In this document: positions 57,259 through 64,000 of the stretch, piece by piece
Numbering within the stretch: position 1 is the first letter of the stretch
How the letters are laid out: each line of letters opens with the position of its first letter
IMG/VR virus record: IMGVR_UViG_3300029305_003259
Span: 1 to 64,000 of that record
Source of the DNA: a virus
Taxonomy: Duplodnaviria; Caudoviricetes
Length of the DNA stretch: 64,000 nucleotides
Strand: one strand, 5' to 3'
Translations under genes and position numbers: made by a program
The notes under the pieces: generated by a model
What the model was told of the DNA's origin: nothing
The model's input: the letters and a program-made list of their open reading frames with translations, nothing else
Database searches by the model: none

Positions 57259-57602
57259 TGTCAACTAAAAAGCTACAAATTATAGAAGGAAAAGTGCTGC
57301 AATCAGGTACAATGGCTCATGCTTCTTTGAATGCCGCCAACTGGGTAGGTTCTGGAACATATGCGCAATCAGTGGCGCTCCATGTAGATTCTAATAACAA
57401 GATAGATATTCAAGTGGATGTGGCTACTATGGATGCGATAATTAGCAATGGCTATTGTTTGTGTGCAAAGAACGATAATGGTGTAGTTACAATTTACGCC
57501 ATTGGAAAGAAACCAACTACTGATTTAAATGTGCAGCTAACTATTACTTCTGTTAAGAAACCAAGTGTAAATGATGTTATTTGGGGAAATGTATTGAGGT
57601 GA
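57258..57602 (+). CDS. fibre-type adaptor
   Basis: L.AANW...Y.Q.V...KPT.DL.VQ domain shared with 44291 and 45931. Confidence 0.6.
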   Translation: MSTKKLQIIEGKVLQSGTMAHASLNAANWVGSGTYAQSVALHVDSNNKIDIQVDVATMDAIISNGYCLCAKNDNGVVTIYAIGKKPTTDLNVQLTITSVKKPSVNDVIWGNVLR

Positions 57603-57606
57603 TTTT

Positions 57607-57999
57607 ATGAATGAATTGCTGAATGTTGTTTTGACTAATTTAACCGATGTTGGTATTGGAGTATTGTTATTTGTAATGGCTTATGTGTCCAATATGGCTC
57701 TTAGCTTGTATTACAACATTAAGATTTTAAAGCAGCCTTTTGACAAGAATAAATTGATTGATTCTGGATTGAAGGTTGTGGCATTTGGCGTTGGCACGGC
57801 GCTGTTGTGTGTGTGTATTACTACTATTCCCGCTTTTGCGAATCATGTTGGATTTGTAATTCCAGAGGAATATAGCACCGTGTTTCAGGATCTTGCCATT
57901 CTGTCTGTATTCATTATCAGCAGCTGCAAATATTTATTGGAAGCGTACACGAAGTTTTCTGCAATTCTAAAAACTTCCTCTACGGACAAAGTAGTTTAA
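57607..57999 (+). CDS. holin-like membrane protein
   Basis: three hydrophobic helices before the amidase. Confidence 0.7.
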   Translation: MNELLNVVLTNLTDVGIGVLLFVMAYVSNMALSLYYNIKILKQPFDKNKLIDSGLKVVAFGVGTALLCVCITTIPAFANHVGFVIPEEYSTVFQDLAILSVFIISSCKYLLEAYTKFSAILKTSSTDKVV

Positions 58000-58000
58000 T

Positions 58001-58031
58001 AGGAGGAGGGGTTTACCCTCCTCCTTTTTTT
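58001..58031 (+). terminator. intrinsic terminator
   Basis: AGGAGGAGGG/CCCTCCTCCT + T-tract. Confidence 0.8.
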
Positions 58032-58050
58032 ATAAAGGAGATGATTGATT

Positions 58051-58701
58051 ATGACAAAAATTTATCTTTCACCAAGTTCACAGCCTGAGAATAAATATGC
58101 TTATGGGAACACAGATGAACAAACGCAATGCAGAAAAATTGCAAATGCATGTGAAAAGGCGTTGAAAAGATGTGGATTTGAAGTTAGGAACGGGCAAACT
58201 GGTGATCATATAAGTAGAACTAAGGAATCTAATGCTTGGAAGGCTGATTTACATGTTGCAATTCATACGAATGCTTTTAATGGTTTGGTTAGAGGAACAA
58301 GGATGTTCTATTTTAATGAAACCGGAAATAGCTATAAAGCGTGTAAAGCAATTTATGATATTTTATCTAAAAATAGTCCAGGAACAAGTGATAATATGAC
58401 AAGGAATCAGAATTTGTACGAGGTTTATTATACTAATTGTTCTCCAGTTTATATAGAGGTAGCGTTCCATGATAATGAATATGATGCTAAATGGATTGTA
58501 CAAAATACAGTTCAAATCGGAGAGTGGATTGCTCATGGAATTTGTAATTACTATGGAGTTAAATATATTACATCTGGTACAAATTCTGTTTCTAAAACAT
58601 ATCAAGTTGTTTGTGGTTCATTTGGAGTAAAAACGAATGCGGAAAAGAGAAAACAAGATCTTGCTAAAGCAGGTTTTGATTCATTTATACAAGTTAAATA
58701 G
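58051..58701 (+). CDS. Amidase_3-family N-acetylmuramoyl-L-alanine amidase + SPOR domain
   Basis: IHTNA, YIEVAFHDN; YQV.CGSF..K.NAE. Confidence 0.88.
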   Translation: MTKIYLSPSSQPENKYAYGNTDEQTQCRKIANACEKALKRCGFEVRNGQTGDHISRTKESNAWKADLHVAIHTNAFNGLVRGTRMFYFNETGNSYKACKAIYDILSKNSPGTSDNMTRNQNLYEVYYTNCSPVYIEVAFHDNEYDAKWIVQNTVQIGEWIAHGICNYYGVKYITSGTNSVSKTYQVVCGSFGVKTNAEKRKQDLAKAGFDSFIQVK

Positions 58702-58702
58702 C

Positions 58703-58725
58703 GGAGGCCAATGGCCTCCTTTTTT
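58703..58725 (+). terminator. intrinsic terminator
   Basis: GGAGGCC/GGCCTCC + T-tract. Confidence 0.75.
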
Positions 58726-58742
58726 GATTGGAGGGATTTAAA

Positions 58743-59228
58743 TTGAAGATATTATCATTTGATCAAAGCACCACTAGATCAGGATATGCCATATTCATAA
58801 ACGGTAAATATGACCATAGTGGCGTTATAGATAAACATACAATAAAAGATTCAGAAGCTAGATTCAAGGAAATGTATGAAGGCATACATGATTTGATAGT
58901 TACAGAAAAACCAAATATTGTAGTTTTGGAAAATACCCAAGCACAGGGAAATAATATGGCAGTGTTTAGATTGTTGTGTCAATTACAAGGTGCAATCATG
59001 GGCATGTGTTATGCAAGAGGAATTAGATTTTGCGTGCTGGCTCCAACAATGTGGAGGCGAATTTTGCAATTTTCACAAGGGCCAAAGATAAAAAGAGAAG
59101 AACTTAAGCGGCAGAGTATGGAATATGCTAAGAGATTTAATATTGAGGACTCAGAAGATAGAGCCGAGGCAGCATGTATTGGGGCTGCTTACATTATAAA
59201 TAATGCCGAAGGCATAGATATAGAATAA
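58743..59228 (+). CDS. RuvC-like Holliday junction resolvase
   Basis: LSFDQS...GYA, VVLE, P..W, D.AEA. Confidence 0.85.
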   Translation: MKILSFDQSTTRSGYAIFINGKYDHSGVIDKHTIKDSEARFKEMYEGIHDLIVTEKPNIVVLENTQAQGNNMAVFRLLCQLQGAIMGMCYARGIRFCVLAPTMWRRILQFSQGPKIKREELKRQSMEYAKRFNIEDSEDRAEAACIGAAYIINNAEGIDIE

Positions 59229-59250
59229 TTATTTTAGGAGGAGTTTAAAA

Positions 59251-59775
59251 ATGACAATTAAGGAATTTGTGGAACTAACTAAAACTAAGGGCTGGATGCC
59301 CATGACTGTTGCAGACCAGAATGAGAAGATTAAGGCCACATTAAATGTTAAGTCTTATCTTAGCATTAAGGATAAGAAAAAACTGGTAAATGATATTGTT
59401 GATGAGACCGTTATTTATGAAAACGGACTTATTAAATTCAATGGCATAGATCAGTTCCTCTGTTACACGATGAGATGTATCGAAGCTTATACTGATTTAG
59501 AAATTGATGATATGGAAGACAACTATGACCTACTGTGTTCCACTGGTCTATTAAATAAAATCTTACGCACTTTTGAAGAGGAATACAATTCTATTCTGTC
59601 TCTACTTCAGATGCAATGTGATTATGTATTAATGGATAATAGTGTTACTGCCAATATCAATGTATTATTGACTGCGGCTACAAATGCTATTAATAAGTTA
59701 GGCGACTCTGCTGGCGACATGTTCAAAAATGTTAATCCAGCAGATTTTGCTGCAATTCTATCTAAATTAAAGTAA
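59251..59775 (+). CDS. hypothetical protein, possible tail assembly chaperone
   Basis: AGGAG RBS; two genes upstream of the tape-measure ORF. Confidence 0.55.
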   Translation: MTIKEFVELTKTKGWMPMTVADQNEKIKATLNVKSYLSIKDKKKLVNDIVDETVIYENGLIKFNGIDQFLCYTMRCIEAYTDLEIDDMEDNYDLLCSTGLLNKILRTFEEEYNSILSLLQMQCDYVLMDNSVTANINVLLTAATNAINKLGDSAGDMFKNVNPADFAAILSKLK

Positions 59776-59789
59776 GGTAGGTGGGTTTT

Positions 59790-60371
59790 GTGGCAAAAAG
59801 ATATGATGATTTTAATAAAGTTTACAAAGCAGTAAAGCAAAACGCTAAAAGGGCCGCAATATCTGCCGCAAAACAGACAACAAAAAGAATAGCAAATGAT
59901 ATGCATAAAGAGGCCCTTAAAGGATTGGAATATTATTATAAAAATTACGACCCTGATGTATATGAAAGAACTTATAATTTAAAAAACGCAATTAGACCAT
60001 ATTTTAAAGATACCTCTACAGATAAAAAAATTAATGTTGAAATAGGCATAGTATATGATGAGTCTTATTTAGAGACATATAAAAGTAAATCTTGGAGGCA
60101 TCAAAGTGGAAATGATTGGATTTCCAGAGAAGATGATGGGTTTGATTGGGATTCAGGCAATAATGGCGTTCCCGAACCTGATTGGATTTTAGAAAACTTT
60201 TTACGTGGTATTCACCCAAGAACTACAGTTGGATATGCTTATGCACCGGTGCAAGACCCTAAGAGCCAAATCCAAATTATGAATGATTTTATTAATGATA
60301 AAGTTCAAATATTAATGGATGAATACATGAATACCGCTCTTTTACGAGAATTTACAAAACGTATGCGTTAA
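59790..60371 (+). CDS. tail-associated protein
   Basis: YY..YDP..YERT..L pattern; position. Confidence 0.55.
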   Translation: MAKRYDDFNKVYKAVKQNAKRAAISAAKQTTKRIANDMHKEALKGLEYYYKNYDPDVYERTYNLKNAIRPYFKDTSTDKKINVEIGIVYDESYLETYKSKSWRHQSGNDWISREDDGFDWDSGNNGVPEPDWILENFLRGIHPRTTVGYAYAPVQDPKSQIQIMNDFINDKVQILMDEYMNTALLREFTKRMR

Positions 60372-60386
60372 GGAAGGTGAAGTAAG

Positions 60387-63300
60387 TTGAGAGAGTTTAA
60401 ATTTAGAATAACCACAGATATATCCGACCTTGAAGCACAATTTAAGGGCGGTGCAGATGCTCTGGCTAAAATGGCCAAAGCAGCTGGTCAGGCGGAAAAT
60501 AAATTAGATTTTTTAAAAGAAACAGGAACATATTTAGATCAAATTGATGCCGCACTTAGCGAATTAAAGACAAAATACCCAGATTTGTTTAATAAAATAT
60601 TTAATAATGTTGATAAACAGATAAAAGATGCTATCGCTCCAATTAAACAAATGACAAAAGAAATGGACACATTGTTTGCGCATGTTGGTGCGCAGCTACA
60701 AGGAATGTCAAGTGGTAAATTAGATGGTAGTAGAAAAGAAATTAATCAAATAATTGTTGGCATGAAGGCTCTTGCCAATGCATTAAATGTAAAGATTGAT
60801 TTTAAAGTTTTTGAAGATATGGTTAACAACGGAGATGAAGCAAAGGTCATAGCAAATTCTATGATTGGCAGCCTTGAAAAGATTGCTAGTGCATATACTG
60901 ACATTGGCAAAACATCTTTAGAAGCTTCAAAATCTATAGATAGTATTGGTAAAAATAAAACTATAAAGGACGCTGCCGAAGATGCCAAAACTCTTAATGC
61001 GGAGTTAAAAAATACCAAAAAGGCTGCTAAAGAAGCAAAAAAAGAAGTAGAGACTCCTGTAAAGCAAAAAGATAGTGGTTCTAAGCCACAGAACGCAATG
61101 AGTTATGACGATTTGCTGAAAGCTGTAAATAAAGCCAAAGATTTATCAAAAAAAATAGATGATGGCGATGATAGTGCGTTTGATAAAATGGACTCGCTTT
61201 TAGGCTCTTTGCAGAAAAAATTCAAGCTTAATGAAGATGGCGTTGCTAGATTTGAAGAGGCAATGCAAGATTTAGATATAACCACAGAAGAAACAATGCG
61301 AAAATTGCAGACTATACTTGGTGATAAATTTCCATCTGCAATCCAAGAAAGCAAAGAGGAAGTCAAAGAATTAACCAACGCTATAAATTCTGCGGATAAA
61401 GATTTAAACAATGTAAGCGTTGCTGAGGCTAATGCAAAAGCAACAGAAGAAGCGGCGGACGCTGCGCGAAGAATTGCCGATGAAACAGAAAGGGCTAAAA
61501 ATGCTGCCTTAAAATTAGACGAAGCATTAAAAGGAGCTGGAAAAAGAACAGAGGGCGCAATTCTTTACGATTCACAGACAGGAGCATATGGTGATGCTAT
61601 AAAAGGTGAAGACCATCAGGTAAAAATACCAACTTCTGATGGTAAAAAATATGATACAGAAATGCATACTCACCCTTGGGATTTTGCCGCTCCATCTGTC
61701 GAAGATTTTGATGTATGGATTAACAATTTCGATGAATTTAAAAAGTTTGCAATTCGTGCAAATAAAGAAATATTATCTATTGATTTTTCATCCATTGATG
61801 CTGATGGTTTAAAAAACATTAGAGACCAATATGCTGTAGCAGTTCAAAAGATAGAAGAAGAATTTGGTCAATATGCAACGGATATTAACGCGATGAATGG
61901 AAAATTTGGATCATATGATGGATGGCAAAATGCAGCACAACAAGCTATGCAAAATGCTCTGAAGAATATGCTTGATCCAAAAATGTTTTCAACTATCGAT
62001 TTCCAAAAAGTTGTCGAACAATCAGGGTCTACAAAGGCAACAGTGCCTCTATCTGAACAATATGCTGGAGCAAGTGAAGAGGTTAAAAGATTAGTTAATG
62101 AACTTGCAAAGCTTGACGATCTTGATGAAACAGACGAGATTGCTGCAAAGTGGAACCATTTAGCAGAAATTGCCCCAAATATTTATAAATCAATGCGCGG
62201 AGATGCATGGGAGAATTTAAAACAAGACATTCTTTCTAATACTTCTGCTGTTGAAAATTTAGGAGAAGAAATAGATGAGGCATTAACGCTAGAAACTGGT
62301 AATCTTGAGTCAAAATTGGAGAGACTAAAGGATCTTGCCGATGAATATGGCATGCAGATTACTCAGCGAGATCGTAATACTTTAGAATTTTTAATCGACC
62401 AGGATAATGAGAAAGAATTGACTGGCGCAAAAGCAGACAGACTTTCTGAATTGCAAGACAAAATTGATGCGGCAGATGATGCGTTAATTGCATTTGAAGA
62501 ACAATACGATAAAATAATTCTAAAACTTGAAAATGGCAAAAAGGTAGAAATTCTACCTAATGATAAAGGCCTTCGTGATTTATATAAATTCATGGATGAA
62601 GGCGACGGAAGAACTTTTAATGGTATTGATGTTGCCGATGTTGAATACGTCCGAGCAGAACAGTTTGTAAGAACACAAATTGAGTCATATGAAGAATTAT
62701 GTAAAGTTGTCGAAAGATATAATGAATTGCGTCATAAAAAGGACAGAACTTCAAAAGAAAACATTGAATTTCAATCACTTCTTGACCGTATTAGAGCAAC
62801 TGAGCCAGAAAACGGCATAACAAGTCCAGATTACGATAAACGATTAATAGAATTTACTAGAATATTTAAAGAGTGGCTTTTAAATACGGATTCTCTTGCA
62901 AAATATCTTGGCATTGAAATTCCGCAAGCAGCAGTGATTGCTGAATCTGCGGTTGAAAATCTTGGACAAGAAATTAAGGAATCTTTATCTCCAGAAGCCG
63001 TAGACTCTAAGTCTGTTATGAAACAATTCCAAGATATTTGGAAACTGAAAAACGACTTAAAATATGACCTTAATTATAATGCAAAATATATTGGCGATGA
63101 TGCTGCAGTAAGCGAAGCAAAACAACAAGTTGCCGAATATGATGAAAGACTAAAACAACTTGCCGTATCTTATGTTAGCCTTGGTGGCGCAGTTGATGAT
63201 TTTAAATCTAAGGAAAAACGTGAGTTTGCAGCGGATGTTGTTAACAATTTAAACGAGCAAAATCAGCAGGCAGAAAGTCAACTCGAAGAAACAAATCAAA

Positions 63301-64000
63301 AGTTAAGAGAGCAAGAAGATCTTTATCAACAGGTTCGCACTGCAATTAAAGGCACTTTAGAAGAAGTTGTAGGTATGGATTATACCGCAGTTGCTCTTGA
63401 AGACATCGAAAGAGAAATCAAAGATGGTCTAATTACTACTCTTGAAGAAGCCATTATTCGTTTTAAAGAAATGAATAATATAGCCGACGATGTTCGTATT
63501 GCCGCTGTAGGTGAATATCAACGTGTAGCTGATAGCTGGGATTATTATCAAGGAAATAGATATGTTGATGAAGATAATGAAACCGTTGTTAATAAAAACG
63601 AATATGACTCTTTAAAGCAAAAATCATCAGGTGAAGATATTGGACAAGAGTATAAAGATTTAGAAGCTTTACGTAAAAAGGTTGAAGAAGTAGAAGCTGC
63701 TATTATAAATAAAACATTAGCGTTTCATCAAGAGGCGGACGCTGTAGAGGTTAATGTAAGAGATGAAATTGATAGGCTCGAGTTGCTGCGTATTGCAATT
63801 ACTCAAGTGGAACAAGCAATCAAAGATAAAACTGCAGCATTCTATAAAGAACGTGATGCGGTTGAGTTCAATGTTGAAGACGAAATATATCAACTTGAAA
63901 AGCTACGCAAGAAGCTTGAAGAGGTTGCTGGACAGGTACAATTAGTTGGCAAAATTAATTTGGGCGCCGATGGTTCAGGAGAAATAAATTCTCATATGCT
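60387..64000 (+). CDS. tape-measure-like protein, over 1200 aa, truncated by window end (not in ORF track)
   Basis: TTG after GGAAGGTG; helical A/E/K-rich; tandem 39-aa repeats near 63660-63930; no in-frame stop seen in the segments read. Confidence 0.75.
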   Translation, partial: MREFKFRITTDISDLEAQFKGGADALAKMAKAAGQAENKLDFLKETGTYLDQIDAALSELKTKYPDLFNKIFNNVDKQIKDAIAPIKQMTKEMDTLFAHVGAQLQGMSSGKLDGSRKEINQIIVGMKALANALNVKIDFKVFEDMVNNGDEAKVIANSMIGSLEKIASAYTDIGKTSLEASKSIDSIGKNKTIKDAAEDAKTLNAELKNTKKAAKEAKKEVETPVKQKDSGSKPQNAMSYDDLLKAVNKAKDLSKKIDDGDDSAFDKMDSLLGSLQKKFKLNEDGVARFEEAMQDLDITTEETMRKLQTILGDKFPSAIQESKEEVKELTNAINSADKDLNNVSVAEANAKATEEAADAARRIADETERAKNAALKLDEALKGAGKRTEGAILYDSQTGAYGDAIKGEDHQVKIPTSDGKKYDTEMHTHPWDFAAPSVEDFDVWINNFDEFKKFAIRANKEILSIDFSSIDADGLKNIRDQYAVAVQKIEEEFGQYATDINAMNGKFGSYDGWQNAAQQAMQNALKNMLDPKMFSTIDFQKVVEQSGSTKATVPLSEQYAGASEEVKRLVNELAKLDDLDETDEIAAKWNHLAEIAPNIYKSMRGDAWENLKQDILSNTSAVENLGEEIDEALTLETGNLESKLERLKDLADEYGMQITQRDRNTLEFLIDQDNEKELTGAKADRLSELQDKIDAADDALIAFEEQYDKIILKLENGKKVEILPNDKGLRDLYKFMDEGDGRTFNGIDVADVEYVRAEQFVRTQIESYEELCKVVERYNELRHKKDRTSKENIEFQSLLDRIRATEPENGITSPDYDKRLIEFTRIFKEWLLNTDSLAKYLGIEIPQAAVIAESAVENLGQEIKESLSPEAVDSKSVMKQFQDIWKLKNDLKYDLNYNAKYIGDDAAVSEAKQQVAEYDERLKQLAVSYVSLGGAVDDFKSKEKREFAADVVNNLNEQNQQAESQLEETNQKLREQEDLYQQVRTAIKGTLEEVVGMDYTAVALEDIEREIKDGLITTLEEAIIRFKEMNNIADDVRIAAVGEYQRVADSWDYYQGNRYVDEDNETVVNKNEYDSLKQKSSGEDIGQEYKDLEALRKKVEEVEAAIINKTLAFHQEADAVEVNVRDEIDRLELLRIAITQVEQAIKDKTAAFYKERDAVEFNVEDEIYQLEKLRKKLEEVAGQVQLVGKINLGADGSGEINSHM

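Noticed and set aside
1-64000. tRNA genes, integrase/att site, stop-codon reassignment
   Set aside because: No cloverleaf or integrase motifs seen, and genes are intact under the standard code.

Overview
The whole window is part of a large tailed phage of a Firmicutes (probably Clostridia) host, with SPbeta-like late-gene order. (1) 1-6518: leftward, GC-richer cluster of small, probably early genes separated by long RNA hairpins. (2) 6519-7755: divergent control region with sigma-A promoters, two rRNA-type boxA motifs, a structured leader and an origin-like repeat array. (3) 7756-14518: about 25 small rightward ORFs, including a macro-domain protein. (4) 14518-22741: UvrD helicase, YonO-like single-subunit RNA polymerase, ClpP, PhoH, YonK-like, HU and a metallophosphoesterase. 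(5) 23027-37796: packaging, head and tail genes, with the large terminase split by a group I intron carrying a GIY-YIG nuclease. (6) 38584-57602: fibre/adhesin genes with an embedded radical-SAM/SPASM enzyme and a 24-Cys CXXX-repeat target. (7) Two holin/endolysin pairs, a RuvC-like resolvase and the start of a tape-measure-like ORF with an internal JAMM motif. Best candidates for new biology: the RiPP-like thioether system among virion genes; an early operon that mimics an rRNA operon (boxA, a 30-bp stem bracketing one gene, RNase III-like hairpins); the JAB domain in the tape measure; and a CTG-to-CTA leucine codon switch between early and late genes. All family calls come from motif recognition by eye; no searches were run.
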